From the NCBI GenBank assembly GCA_012295275.1, contig CM022665.1:42780001-42844000 (forward strand): a DNA stretch of 64,000 nucleotides, in the 5' to 3' direction. This stretch comes from Chrysomallon squamiferum. Its lineage: Eukaryota; Animalia; Mollusca. Below, in pieces: positions 41,901 to 56,571 of the stretch. The position numbers and the translations under genes were made by a program. The notes beneath the pieces are model-generated. The model was not told the origin of the DNA. It saw nothing but the letters and a program-made list of their open reading frames with translations, and did not search any database. Numbering within the stretch: the stretch's first letter is position 1; each line of letters begins with the position of its first letter.

Positions 41901-42539
41901 ACAACAACTGCAGCACTGCATCTTGGACAATCCTTGCGCCACGTCATGACGACAGAGAAGTGTTTCAAGGAGAAATGGTCTGAAATGAACTCGTCCATAT
42001 TCTTACATTGTCAAAGTCTATCAACTAAAATAACGAGGCATATTAAAATATATATATATATATATGTATGTCATCATTTGAGTGCACGCTTTTGATTTCA
42101 AACCATTTATAAACTTCTTTTTTTTTGTTATGACACTTTTTTCAGTTATTTAAATTTTAACTGTGTTTTCAGTTTTGGTTTCGAAAGGTTTTTGAATCGT
42201 TTCACTTGTGTCTAGAGTTAACCCACATATTTAACGGATTTCTTTGATTATTTTATTTATTATTATTATTATTATTATTTATCTATTTATTTATTTATTA
42301 TTATTTTTTTTTTTTACCATTGTCAGTTTTGATTTCATTACTTGCATCTGATAATTTACTGCACAGACATTTTGTCACCACCCTGAAAACATTCTTTTAC
42401 AAATGTCATTATGCATTTCAAAAATCTAAAATACTTCAAATTTCACCTTTTCAAAACAAGAGCATTAAAATGTCAGCTGAAAAAAAAAACACCAAAAAAA
42501 GAAAAACCATTGGCAGAGGTTCTTTTGAAATTTAAACAG

Positions 42540-42579
<40 letters not shown>

Positions 42580-44944
42580 GAAGCCATAACAAATTACAGG
42601 TGAATTATTTTTTTTTGACATCAGCTCACACAGACACTTACTAATTAAATGCACAGAGACAAACCACCTGTAGACTTATCTATGCCTGTACAGAAACATG
42701 CAGAATAGGTTGACCATCTTTTTGTCTGAAATGCAATTACTGAGGTGACAGCAATGATGTGCAATTAGTGACTCTGAATGGAGTTCAGGCTCAGTTCACA
42801 CGACATAATACAAGACATTTTGTCTGTCAGACTGAACAACATCATTACCTTGATTCTAACAGCTTCTCCTGTCAATATTTTTGTCTTCATAAATTAGCTT
42901 ACTTCTACTAAATTATGATTTCATGCTTGTGCATTTCAAGCTTGTGAAGGTGAAAATGTTGTTGTTTTTTGGGGGGGTTTTGCCATCAATATCATCATCA
43001 TTATTATCATTAGTATTAATATTACTATGTTTTATTATTATTATTATTATCATTTGTTTTATTTTTTTTCTTTCTCTAGGAAGTATTAAAAATATGTACA
43101 TATACCTGATTAGTCAGGTAAGTTCTAGGCTCTAATTAGAATGTATTGATTTATTACAGGTTCCTCTGAAATGGAAACAGTTATGGCTAAAGTCCAACAA
43201 AAAATCAAAAACTCACATTTTTGTTTATGTGTATCAAAAAACCCATTAAAGTAATTTTAATATTATACTTTGTTTTTTATTTTATTTCAATATTAATTTT
43301 TTATTTTTATATATATATATTTGTCACTCTCACAAGAATGAAAAACACCACATTCTCTTTCATCCTGTGGTAAACCAAGGTGTTTTGCGCTACCATGCAT
43401 TTAGACTCACTTTGTTCAAATTTTGATTAATAACAACATGAGACACACTATCCCAGTCATTAACTGAGTCAGAGAATATTTATGTTTTGATACTTTACCA
43501 AGACTAAATCTGATTTACTGGTGCTCTGAATTTGTGTAATAAGCAGAAAATTTATGAGAATCTATATCATACTTTGTAAACTGATGAATACTGCAGAATA
43601 CTTACAGTACAAATGGACTGATAATAAGTGAAAATTGAATAGTTCTTAATTTATCCAGATTGTTTCCAAAAGATGTCTTAGTGAACAAGCAAGCACCTGG
43701 GTCAGTTTGAATATGGACCCATCTTTTACAAATATGACATCAGTGAGGGTCCATAAATCTACGAAGGTCTATCTCCATCATGTCTCATTGAGTATTTTTC
43801 AGTTTATCCTGCTCGTATGCATAGGAAAAATAAACAGTTTTGTTGTCAGGTTGGAAAAAAAAGCAGTTTTATTTATGTACTGGCAATCTGACAAATGGAT
43901 CCGTTTTATATTTTTCTATTTATCTCTGGTTTTTGAAAACAGAACCAGCAAAGAAAGTTCTGTATAAACAAACTGATAATAATAATAATAATAATAATAA
44001 TAACGTCATCTTTTGAAAATTATAATTTTTAAAAAGAACACCACACACAAAGGATGAGAAAGAGAGACAGAGAGAAAGAGAGAAGCAAAAAGACGGAGGA
44101 GAAAGGGAAAAAGGGAGGGAATGACAAAGAAAAAGGCTTCAGAAGTCAAAAGTTTCCATAAATAATCAACATCAATAAAACCAGTGTTAACCCCACAGTG
44201 CATTTAACATTCTCACTATGAAAAAAACAACTCCTCGGTAATATGTTTTGTTCTCAGCAGTTGGCTATTGTTTTATGTGCGGCATGCAATTACAGCGTCA
44301 TCTTCCAGCACTGGTGGCATGCATTAGATAGGTCACCTCAAATGAGAGTCATTGCTTTGATAACACTGGGTGCCTCTTCGGCTTGCATCAGACAACATTC
44401 ATGTCACCTCTGCTGATATTTCTGTGAGGGGTGTTTGCCAAGTAACATATGGAAATATCTTTTATCAATGAACAGATATTGTATGGTATTAGTTGTAATG
44501 CTGAAACCAGATGTAAAATAAATATCCTTTTTTATGAAAAGTAAATACAGAGTCTACAGCCAGTTAGATGCGATTTTAGATTTTCTATTTTCCCACCACA
44601 CCATCCCATAAAAAGAGAGCAATTTCATTTTTTTTTTCTTTCTGAAGTGAAAATATTTCTTTATTTATTCGTTGACTTCTGTCACCCTTTAAGCTGATGC
44701 AATTCCCTATGTGATTTTCACAATTGTTTTTTATCCTGAAAAGAATGCAACACATGCTATGCATTACTCCCTAAAGAAACAATATAGAGACAAAGTAATG
44801 GCAAACGCATACTCAATCTGACCAACAGAAAGAAAAAATAGACCAGAAATAGACCAAATACTCATGCTAACAGACAAAATTAAAATGTAGAGGACCAAGA
44901 CCATTATGGAAAATTAAAAAAAAATAAAGTTCACAAGGCCTGAT

Positions 44945-45165
44945 ATACTAACAAAGCATACTGACCAGTATGACCAGGATACAAAGAAGATAACCATACT
45001 AATCGACATGACTAATATACAGTCAAGACAAACATACTGAACAAGATGACTAATACACAAATAAAATGGATGAACATGTCCACCAGGACTAATAAACAAA
45101 TAAAACAATCCAACATGACTAATATATAAACAAGACAGTCCATACTGACCAACAGGACTAATACC
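44945..45165 (+). repeat. Degenerate ~30-40 bp tandem repeat
   Basis: Recurring catactgacca and gactaata motifs. Confidence 0.65.
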
Positions 45166-47381
45166 CAAACTGAAAAAGAAATTAAACAATACATAAAACT
45201 GAAACAAAGACTCTTTCCATAAATCCCATACTTTTTCAGAAATTAATATTTTGTCATGTTCATTCTTGAACCAGACAAGCTTTGTTTGTTTTTGCTCTGA
45301 ATCATTGGTCTGAAGACCAAAAAGAAAAATTTTCAATCAGTTAATGCATGTTTTTTTTTTTTTTTTTAATAAAGTACTTTCCCTTGTGTCAACAATAATT
45401 CTGATGCTGCAATATGGAACCACGAATGTCCTGGTCAAGTTGAAGATTGAAATCAAGTATCACATTTCACTGTTGTTTTTCACAATCACTTCTGATGCCA
45501 TGATATAGTAGCTTTCTTCATGTCTCTCAATAATTAAATCATTTGAGAAAAATCACAGTAGCCATGATGAAGTATAATGGCTGGCTGATTGGATTTCAAT
45601 ATCTTAACAGAATCGGTGTTTAGGGGTATCATTTTTATTTGTGTTTTGTGCTATTATAGCTTGTGAGTGCATCAACAAGTCGGAATGTTTTGCAAATTAA
45701 AAATCTTGTGAAAAAGAATTTTTTGGGGGGCAGTGTTTATTTTTATGTTTGTTTATACTCCAAAAACACTCAGTGAAAGTGATATTAACATTATCATTTT
45801 ACATTTCAAATATTTCCTAAATTAAAACAAAAAACAAAAAAAAATAAAAAAAAATATACATAGAAGTATATTTCTGCGAAATGATGCTGTATTAGAATTA
45901 CAATAACAGAAAGCTATTGTCACCATAGCAAGTTATACATACTTATTAACTGAAAAGGCTGTTATTGATATATTGAGTACTTCCCACTGAGAACAAAATA
46001 TATACAACAGCTTTAATATGCTAGTCACAGAACACAGGCTAAAACCTCAACAGTACTTACATTACCATGACTAAAGTTTTGAAATTACTGTTTAATATCT
46101 TACATCCAAAACACCAGGGATACACTTATTTCTATACAAGTAGCTTAACTTTGGACTTACTGTTTAACTTAAACCTTAATATAAATTAAAATAATGCATG
46201 AAAATATAAAAATATTGGTATTCCACATTCTAAAAACAAACTATGTAATGATGTATGTATAGATGATGCAATGCAAAGGTTAATGGTAATATCATAAATG
46301 AATGCAAAGCTAAAAATACATAGACACACTTTTAATAGAATTCACAGACTTTGTTCTTTTGTTTACTCTGCCTGTTTCAAACAACTGGAAAATTCCACAG
46401 CAGTGCACAGGAAAGAAGCTAATGAAAGCCTTCAACATAAAACAGTTCAAAACTTTTTCTATGGGCATGGAGTTTTAGATTTTATTGTTGTTTTGTTTTT
46501 TGTTCTTAAGTGTGTGGTTTACTTTTCTTTTCTTTTTTTTTAACCTTTTTTTTTCTTTTTTGTCAAAAAGTTTGTCATCTCTGTTATTATAATGGGAAAT
46601 TCTGTTGACATAATCATGATGCCTATGCATTATTGATCTTTCAAACATTGCATTCCCTAATTTTAGTATTCATAGTATTTGGTATAAATGGTAGATTTTT
46701 AACTCTTTTTTTTTGTTTGTTCTTTTTTTTAATAAATCATAAATACATTAAACAATATAAAGCTCTGAAGGATCTAATCAAGACTAAATAACTCAAATAT
46801 CAGTTAGCAAAACAATATTAGACACTCTCTTTCAAGGTGCACAATTGGTGCTTGTGTACCAAATTGCTGTGAATTACCAGCATCTGCTAGTAATAATCTG
46901 AAAAACTGATTACCTTTCAACATCCATCATTTGAAAAAGCTCTCAGAAAAAATTAAAAAAAACAAACATCAAGGACAGTAATTTTCCAATCTTGAAGTTT
47001 TTCCAAGGACACTACCATCAATATTAAAAATATTTTCAACATTCAGGTATTTATTAGCCTCATCATTTTTACCCCTCTTTCTTTGAAATGTCTTTTTTCT
47101 TATTTATATATGTTATTTTCTACACCTGCCATATTTATTATATGTGATACAAAACAAAATCAAACATTAAGGAGTTGATAGCAAAATATTAGTGGCATTC
47201 TGTGAAAGCTTAAATGTGGAATCTGCTGGAAAAACAAATCAATGCTGACATTGTGAGAAGAAGACCTTGACAGAACAAATTACATCCAGTTAAAAATAAA
47301 AACAAAGACCAGAGCTCAAGCTGTGTTGAGTAGTGTGCTTCTGTTTGCAATTATCACCTGAGAGATTTTCATAACTCAGTC

Positions 47382-47792
47382 AAGGTAATTTAATGGTATG
47401 TGTTATTATGTGGATTAAAAAAAAAAAAAAAATTAAAAAAGAGAAAAGAAGGGAAGAACATTCTTGAAATCTCTTGTTTTGTTTCCATTTTTAAATTTTT
47501 TTTTTTTTTTTTAATTATCATTACTTTATTATTTTTTAATTTTAAATTATTTTTTTAATGTAATTTTTTTGCTTGAAATAATTTTTAAGGAAAATTTAAT
47601 GGTATTTGTTATTATGTGTGTAAAAAAAAAATTTAAAATGAGAAAAGAGAGAAGAACATTCTTGAAATCTGTTGTTTTGTTTAATTTTTATTATTATTAT
47701 TATTATCATTACTTTATTATATTTTTATTTTTATTATTTTTAATGTCAATTGTTTTGTTGTTTTTTTGCTTGAAATCATTTTTAAGTAAATT
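47382..47792 (+). repeat. Diverged ~205-bp tandem duplication
   Basis: aatttaatggtat.tgttattatgtg...gaagaacattcttgaaatct...tatcattactttatta...tttgcttgaaat.atttttaag occurs twice. Confidence 0.85.
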
Positions 47793-48130
47793 GTTTACTC
47801 TTAGTTTTGACTGCTGATCTTATGTTTTATTTAAACAAATATTAACTTCAGAATTACATATATAGTTTCAAAAAATCATATTCAAGGTTGTAATAATATC
47901 TGCCATAAATGAGGAAACACCAGTTTTATGTATTTCAACAAAAAGTATAAAAAATTGAAACATAAATGAATAAACACATAATTAAAATGTATACAAATAA
48001 ATAAAATAAATTAAAACATACATAAATTCAACTAAATTAATTAAAATCTACATAAAAAGATAATTAAATAAAACAAAAACTGAAATAAAATTAAAACATA
48101 TATGAACAAAACAAAAAAGCACACCAATTA

Positions 48131-48195
48131 TGAATGAATGTTTGATGACACCCCAACATGAAAAACACATGGGCTACTGGGTGTCTAGAGGTAAA
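48131..48195 (-). mobile_element. SINE 3'-tail-like fragment
   Basis: gaatgaatgtttgatgacaccccaacatgaaaaacacatgggctactgggtgtc; a weak opposite-strand relative lies near 54895-54990. Confidence 0.35.
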
Positions 48196-48649
48196 ACCAG
48201 TTATGAAAGCATGCTGTAAAACAACAAAACTTGGACTAAACTAAAACACAATTCACCTTAAAGTCTGTTTACGGGTCTGTCTTGATGCCATGTTTGCAAG
48301 TTGAAACTTTTATCAAAATTTTGATTGGACACTGATGAAGATGAGTTCTAGGTGATCCTAGTAAATATTTGAAAAACACATTACGAATGAATGAAAATAA
48401 CAATAACAACAACAACAACAACAACAACACCAAATAAATAAATAAAATAAAAAAAATAAAAATGAAAAATAACACACCAATGGTATATGGAACATTTGAC
48501 ATAATAAAAACTTAATATCAATTACTTAAATACTATCTGGAATTTAAAACACTGGTATCATTTAACAACAGATACAAAAAAGAATTACAGACATACAGTT
48601 ACATTTTATAACCATCATGTTCACAGTCTTTGTTACAGACTAAATTTAA

Positions 48650-49078
48650 AAGGAACGGAAAGGAAACATTTTAACATTAAACTCTGAACAGACTTTATTT
48701 ACACTTATATATATCACACTGAGTACATGGTCAAGGACCACTCACACAATAAGACAGGAAACCTCCAGCTTGGAAGACATATATTTTTTTTTATATGCAC
48801 CATCCTGCATGCAGGACAGCACATAACACAGATTTTGTCACACCAGTTACAAAGCACTGGACAGAATGAGATATTTCTCAATATGTGCACCAAAACCAAT
48901 CTAACCATTCATTGCACTGTCAGTGCAACCATTCAGTTCACTGTCAGTGGAACCATTCACTGCACTGTCAGTGAACCATTCACTGCACTGTCAGTGGAAC
49001 CATTCAGTTCACTGTCAGTGGAACCATTCACTGCACTGTCAGTGGATGATGATCTTACCAGTCAGGTGTGTTCTGTTC
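48650..49078 (-). mobile_element. Degenerate near-full-length tRNA-derived SINE (Meta-domain type)
   Basis: ggaaaggaaac tail...catggtcaaggaccactca...ggaaacc...ttttatatgcaccatcc...caggacagcacataacaca...caccagt...agcactgg resembles the reverse complement of the Meta-SINE core as recalled. Related fragments occur elsewhere in the window. Confidence 0.65.
48903..49046 (+). repeat. 24-bp minisatellite, 6 copies, within the SINE head region
   Basis: Unit AACCATTCA(CTG/GTT)CACTGTCAGTGG; each contains the inverted repeat CACTG-T-CAGTG. Confidence 0.93.
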
Positions 49079-50164
49079 TTTTGAGAAACAAGAAGACAAG
49101 AAGAAAACAAAATTGAAATTAAAATGTTATCTCAATATATTAATACACAAATATTATCTGTATCATGTTATATTAATGCTGAGCCTGAGATAAAATATCG
49201 CATTAACGTATTATGTGCAGTGATGAAGAAAATGTTGCTGATAAACAAGACGTTAAAAAGTACAAGTTCTTACACATAGTATGTGAGAATACAGTTTCCT
49301 TTTTACTTAGTTTTTATTTTATAAAAATGCCTTCTTATGTAATAGAAAAAAAAATGATTGCAGAAATAAAGACATTCAATGATATGATGAACTGGCATGT
49401 CTTTCTGGTACAAGTTTGTGTAAGATCTATATATTGGTTTTCTTTAAGATTTAATCAAGGAATAATGGTTGATGATGAAAATGGTGTATTACAATTGGCT
49501 TATTTTATATTTGTCATATTTCACTGTCATCAAATTAAAGTCATATAGACATACATGAAATAAATGTAAGCTTTTTTCTTTCTTTTTTAAATGATAACAA
49601 AAACATTAAAAATAATAATAATAATAAATAGAAAATTAACAAAATTAAAAAATAAAATTTAATAATGATAAAGATTAAGCCAATATAAGTGAATGAAGCA
49701 ACAAAATGGATTAAATTTTAAGTCATGAACATTCAAAAAACGTAGAAGCATACAAAACTCAGATAATATTACATATAGCAAGAACAGGTTTTATTTATAT
49801 AGCCATTCAAAGAGCACAGTTTGGATGGAAACTAGACACTGAAATTGGCCAAGAAACAATTTTGGATGGAAATCAGAATTGAAAGTGGCCAAAAAACACA
49901 GACGTATTCCATTAAGGAGGTTTTACTAATTACTGCACATTACAGCCTGTTAACCGTTTCCATACAAAGACTGGATTATTTAGAAATAATTATAATAAAA
50001 TGGCTGATAAAAATAAAGACAACAACAACAACCAAAAAATTCTGTTCTTTATATCTCTGAACAATTTGTTCTTAAATGTACATATTTATATATAAAGTGT
50101 AATACCATTTCTGCAAACATTTAAACATAATTGTGAAAGTATGAAAAAATAATCAGCAGAGAAA

Positions 50165-50346
50165 TTGTAAATCCTAATCAATAGTTCTAGAAATGAAACT
50201 AAATAGAATGGAGATTTTGAGATCCTGCATAAGATATGAATACTTTTAAACAGTTGTAAATCCTAATCTATAGTTCTAGAAATGAAACTAGATAGCATGG
50301 AGATTCTAAGAATGATCCTGCACAAGATATGAATATTTTTAAACAG
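50165..50346 (+). repeat. ~90-bp tandem duplication
   Basis: ttgtaaatcctaatc.atagttctagaaatgaaacta...gatcctgca.aagatatgaata.ttttaaacag occurs twice. Confidence 0.9.
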
Positions 50347-50825
50347 CTGAATGGATCATTCCTGGAATTACCAATTCTAATTTCATTTTCAGAACTGCAT
50401 ACAGGTCTAATGTTTAACTACTGAGGTAACTAGGTAATCATAAAAAATCTGAAAGATATGACAAATTCCAAACACACTTTAAAAACATAAAGCTTTCACA
50501 AATAACAAACAAACAATAGAGCAAGAAACAAAGAAAAATCATTCAGTGTGATGATTCATGCAGTAATTTCTTGTTGTACTATTTTTGCATGATTTCTGAG
50601 TGAATACGTCATTTAAGCGATGCTGTCTCAAAAAGACTAGGCAAGAAATACACAAAAATCCAGTTTTGGTATAAACGGGTGTAAAGCCCCGTTTTGTAGG
50701 TCAAGATGATAACAGTCTAAGTTTTGTTTTATATGGATAAAGGGAGCTAAATTCTGTTAGGTAAGTATGATACTATCAGTGACGTAAAGCAGATCTCTTT
50801 GCATGTGTATCTATCTGTCTATCTA

Positions 50826-50860
<35 letters not shown>

Positions 50861-51706
50861 ATATATATATATACTCACACAAGTCCATAAACATATATAC
50901 TGTCCATGGTAACTAGAAATGATAGCTGGTGATTTTTATTGGTTGTTAATCAGCAGGATGTCCCTTTTTTGTATAAAGTTTGGTGTCTATTATCTTAAAA
51001 AAATTTTTTATTTTATCTTCTTTGTAACATGGCCAGTTCCCATAGAAAAAAAAAATCATCTTTCATTCTGTGGTGGCTTTTAAAGTAAAGTGGAAACAGG
51101 TTTTAATGGGGTGATGGTCATAAATGTATACTAGGAAAGTTGTCATGCATCCTTTAATAAACATAATTAGTTAACTTTATCAGTTCTGCTTAGTAGAATG
51201 TAAACACCAATATACATTACACATAACCATAAATTCTAAAGATGTATAGACAAGAACATGTGAAAAAGACATACAATCACACTGACAGAAACACAAACAT
51301 ATCCTTGAAAGAAAAGAAAATGAGCCTCTTTATGAACACACAAAAATGGCTAAAGAATCTAAGTTGTTCAGAAATGCTTTAAGAAGCCATTAAAAGTCAA
51401 TCATTAATATTCAAGGTTGTAATCAGATTTATAACCATAAGAACACTTGTAACTCAGGCCAGAGGAAGCACAGATCAATGAAGCAGGAAGAAAAATTAAG
51501 CAGAAGAAACCATTTAATGTCATACAAAGTTCCAAATTTTTAATAAAGACTGCAAAAGTTAAAAAAAGAAAAAAGTTAAACATTAACAAATGTATTTTAA
51601 TCACATTTTCGATTAATCTTAAAAACAGCATATAACAAATAATTTTGTTTAAATTATAAGATATTTTTTCAATCTGATATTGCTAAAACTACAGATAATG
51701 TTTGTT

Positions 51707-51877
51707 GATTACCAGCAAAGGATCTTTTCAGTCACTTTCTCAGTAACAGGTATGAACATCCCACAATATGTAGCAAATAAGCTGTTGTTGTCGAGACAGT
51801 TATTAATCCAGCATGAAGTACAGATCCTGCAACATACCTGAGTATGGTTTTACATCACTGAGACACAACCTGTTCCC
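51707..51877 (-). mobile_element. Degenerate SINE copy
   Basis: gattaccagcaaaggatctttt...cactttc...acagg...catcccac...gatcctgcaac...cactgagacac. Confidence 0.4.
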
Positions 51878-52457
51878 TAACCTTACAGAACTTTCTGATA
51901 CAACGTACTGAAAAATACTGTTACTACAAGGTCATCATCTACACAATCACAGTCAGGAGTCTCTGATACAATCAGAATCTGACATCTGACATCTTGTTTT
52001 TTAAATCAGTTTATTAACAACAAAAATACGTAAAGATATTCCGTTAAGTACAATGCTTTAGTTTTGTAATATATGAAGAAGAAGTTCATTTTAAAATTTA
52101 CAGTAATAAAAATCTAATACTTCAATGTATTTTGCAAGATAATAAATTATATATATAAAAAAAAAAAAAAATTTAAAGAATAATGCTTAGAAATAAAAGG
52201 ATATCAGAAAAGTGATATCTGAAAAGATCAGATATATAATCATATATGTTTCAAAAGTCATGTTTAGTTAATTTCACAGAAAGAAAAAAAAAATCCTGTT
52301 TTGGGGTTTTGAGAACATCAGCCTGCATAAAATGCTAAGCCCAAATCAGTTATCAAAATCAACTTATTTCTTTGTGAAAATCAATATTAATTCATTTCAC
52401 AGACATCCATGATAAGCTTAAATGATTTTCAATTATTTTTGACTATTTAAATTATCT

Positions 52458-54240
52458 TTTCTCTCTGTAGCAATGTGATTGGTTAACAGTAACATTATCT
52501 TCTCTCTCTCTACCCTCTGTAACAATGTGATTGGTTAACAGTAACATTATCTTCTCTCTCTCTACCCTCTGTAGCAATGTGATTGGTTAACAGTAACATT
52601 ATCTTCTCTCTCTCTCTCTCTGTAACAATGTGATTGGTTAACAGTCTCTGTAGCAATGTGATTGGTTAACAGTAACATCTTCTTTCTCTCTACCCTCTGT
52701 AGCAATGTGATTGGTTAACAGTAACATTTCTTCTCTCTCTCAATGTGATTGGTTCTCATTACCCTATGTAGCAATGTGATTGGTTAACTGTAACATTATC
52801 TTCTCTCTCTCTACCCTCTGTATCAATGTGATTGGTTAACAGTAACATTATCTTCTCTCTCTCTACCCTCTGTAGCAATGTGATTGGTTAACAGTAACAT
52901 TATCTTCTCTCTCTCTACCCTCTGTAACAATGTGATTGGTTAACAGTAACATTATCTTCTCTCACTCTACCCTCTGTATCAATGTGATTGGTTAACAGTA
53001 ACATTATCTTCTCTCTCTCTACCCTCTGTAGCAATGTGATTGGTTAACAGTAACATTATCTTCTCTCTCTCTACCCTCTGTAGCAATGTGATTGGTTAAC
53101 AGTAACAATGTAGCAATGTGATTGGTTCTACCCTCTGTAACAATTATTGGTTAACAGTAACAACATTCTCTCTCTCTCTCTATCTCTCCTCTGTAGCAAT
53201 GTGATTGGTTAACAGTAACATATATCTCTCTCTCTCTGATTGGTTAACAGTAACATTATCTTCTCTCTCTCTACCCTCTGTATCAATGTGTGATTGGTTA
53301 ACAGTAACATTATCTTCTCTCTCTTAACATTGGTTAACAGTAACATTATCTTCTCTCTCTCTACCCTCTGTAAAGTAACAATGTGAATGTGATTGGTTAA
53401 CTGTAACATTATCTTCTTCTCTACCCTCTCTCCCTCTACCCTCTGTAGCAATGTGATTGGTTAACAGTAACATTATCTTCTCTCTCTCTACCCTCTGTAG
53501 CAATGTGATTGGTTAACAGTAACATTATCTTCTCTCTCTCTACCCTCTGTAGCAATGTGATTGGTTAACAGTAACATTATCTTCTCTCTCTTCCCTCTGT
53601 AGCAATGTGATTGGTTAACAGTAACATTCTCTCTAACATTATCTTCTCTCTCTCTACCCTCTGTAGCAATGTGATTGGTTAACAGTAACATTATCTTCTC
53701 TCTCTGTAACAATGTGATTGGTTAACAGTAACATTATCTTCTCTCTCTCAATGTGATTGGTTAACAGTAACATTATCTTCTCTCTCTACCCTCTGTAGCA
53801 ATGTGATTGGTTAACAGTAACATTATCTCTCTCTCTCCCCTGTAGCAATGTGATTGGTTGTAACAATGTAGCAATGTGATTGGTTAACAGTAACATTATC
53901 TTCTCTCTCTCTACCCTCTGTAGCAATGTGATTGGTTAACAGTAACATTATCTTCTCTCTCTCTACCCTCTGTAGCAATGTGATTGGTTAACAGTAACAT
54001 TATCTTCTCTCTCTCTACCCTCTGTAGCAATGTGATTGGTTAACAGTAACATTATCTTCTCTCTCTCTACCCTCTGTAGCAATGTGATTGGTTAACTGTA
54101 ACCGTTTAGTATTATCTCTCTCTCTACCCTCTGTAGCAATGTGATTGGATTGGTTATTAGCAATGTGATTGGTTAACTGTAACATTATCTTCTCTCTCTC
54201 TACCCTCTGTAGCAATGTGATTGGTTAACTGTAACCGTTT
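52458..54240 (+). repeat. ~52-bp minisatellite, roughly 35-40 full or partial copies
   Basis: Unit CTACCCTCTGTAGCAATGTGATTGGTTAACAGTAACATTATCTT(CT)n. Confidence 0.97.
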
Positions 54241-54407
54241 AGTATTCATGTATCACTGAGATGAACTTCCTATTTTCTTCATGAATTTTCAAAATCATCT
54301 GATAATTACAAATCTTACAAATTCAAATTTGAAAATAAATCATAAACCAATTGTGGACAATTTTAAGTCGAAAAAAATAAAATAGTAATAATGAAATGAA
54401 ATATTAA

Positions 54408-54441
<34 letters not shown>

Positions 54442-55694
54442 TAAAAGCAACTGATCTTTCATAATTTGGTTTCATGAAATATCTTTTACTATTTATGTTT
54501 TAAAAAAATTGTGATAATTTTCTCTTGTACTTTCAGTGTCACACGTATTTAATGAACTAAAACAACATTTGACATGGTCGACAAAATCTGCAATCAGCAG
54601 AATTCTTGTGTTCTATTTCATAAATCAGTATAAAGCAGGAGATGTACAGTACATGAAAACCTGACATGTGAAGCAAGATCTGTTGAGTGTTTGTAATTCC
54701 ATCATAAATGAGTGGGAAGGTGGCTGTATATTGGCTTACACAGTCATCTGGGTTAATTTCTGTATGAGACCAATGTTTTACATCTGAAAAATGTAAATAA
54801 GTACCAGTGTATATAATTCAAGGACATTAATCAGTTCCAGATTTGCATCATTATGAACAGAAAATGATACTTCTGATTTTTTGAAATGATCTGCCTGATG
54901 ACACCCAGAAATTGTATTATAAATAAATGAAGAAACAATATCCCAGTATATTCTAATACTTAACAGTTACTGGGCTGTCAAACACATTATTTTTTGGCAA
55001 TATTAATACAACACATTAAATGTAATGTTACGCAAGTTATTTTTTTCAGTCAACTGATTTGTATTAGATGAAAATGAAAAGTCTACACAGCAGCCTTCGA
55101 TGAATCAGCTGTAGGGAACTGGTTGGAATGGAAAATAAACCATTATACCGTATACATCACTGGTTATCAGTCACAGTCTGGGACAAAACACCTTCCAAAC
55201 TGCAAGGCCCCCATATCTAACATAATAAAACATTTTTTGAATGTACCTATAGATTAGATATGAATATTGAAATATGTTTTACAAGATCCTGTAATAAACG
55301 TAAGTGCTGATCAAACACCAATTTCAGATTTCTGCATTTCCAGCAAATCAAACAACTCCTCCTGCAGCAAATGTCAATAGCAAGGGTTTATCTGCTAAAT
55401 CTGTCTTGCAATAACTATCTGTTTATATCAAAAATGACAGTGAAGAAAGCTATTGTAGTCAATGTATGGCACATTAAATTGCTCTAAGGATGAATCCTTT
55501 CCTATTAAGAACTAGATGTTTTGTGGCTTTAATTGTAACTGTTATGAAAGGCTTTGAGAAATCAAGTAAACGTTGTTTCAGTTCAGTGATAAACTGCATA
55601 TACAAGATTAGACAGGAAAAATGAATTAGTAAACAAAAGAAAAATCAATAAATAAATAAATAAATAAATGCACTGCTTTTGACCAAAAAATATG

Positions 55695-55725
<31 letters not shown>

Positions 55726-56524
55726 TAATAATTAAAAAAGGTAAACAGATTTTAAATAATATTTTCCAATAATTAGTTTTAAATAATAAATAATCTTCAG
55801 TTCTGGAAGAGTAAGTATATTTCTGCTATTGTAATGCAAAAACAAATGGGTCACAGTGACCAAAAACTGAAGCACCATACGTTTTTGACCTCCTGCACTG
55901 AGCAGTGCAAAATTACTTGAAATCACAAGACTTCCCTTTTGGTGCTCAGCAGTGCATGGAAAGTATGGCAACAAGTAGAAAACATTGTTACTCTGCATCC
56001 ACTAGATGTTTGTAAACTGCTGTTACTTGGTCAACTATTCAACAAAAAGGGGAAACCACATAATTATAATACACAATCTACCAACATTACAAAGAGTCTA
56101 CAAAATTTTGTGCATTACTTCAATTAACTTCCAAGGCCAGTCATTAAATTAACCAGTGTACACAATGAGAGCCAAGATCTCAAATTACAGTATCAGATTT
56201 CACGGTTCTTTTTAAGTGAACAGATGTACACACATTGTTTTCTGTGTAATGTTCTAAAATGTTTTTATTGTAGTGGTTTTTATGATCTTCTGTAAATACT
56301 GCGTTGCTTTAGATCTGTGACATTTACCCAAGATGTTTTAAAAAGATTTCAAAAATAAATGCATTTGTGGTACAAACAGTCAATTTGTGTACAAGTGTGT
56401 GCCAGTATCTGCATAAATTACATTATGCATTCATTTGAGCTTATTGGTATTATGTGCACAAAAACTGTGAATCAGATGGAGATAGGTCACGTGTGTGTGT
56501 GTGTGTGTGAGTGTGAATGTGTGG

Positions 56525-56571
<47 letters not shown>

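Noticed and set aside
44914-45336. 140-aa hydrophobic ORF
   Set aside because: Overlaps a degenerate tandem repeat; no recognisable domain or convincing splice sites.
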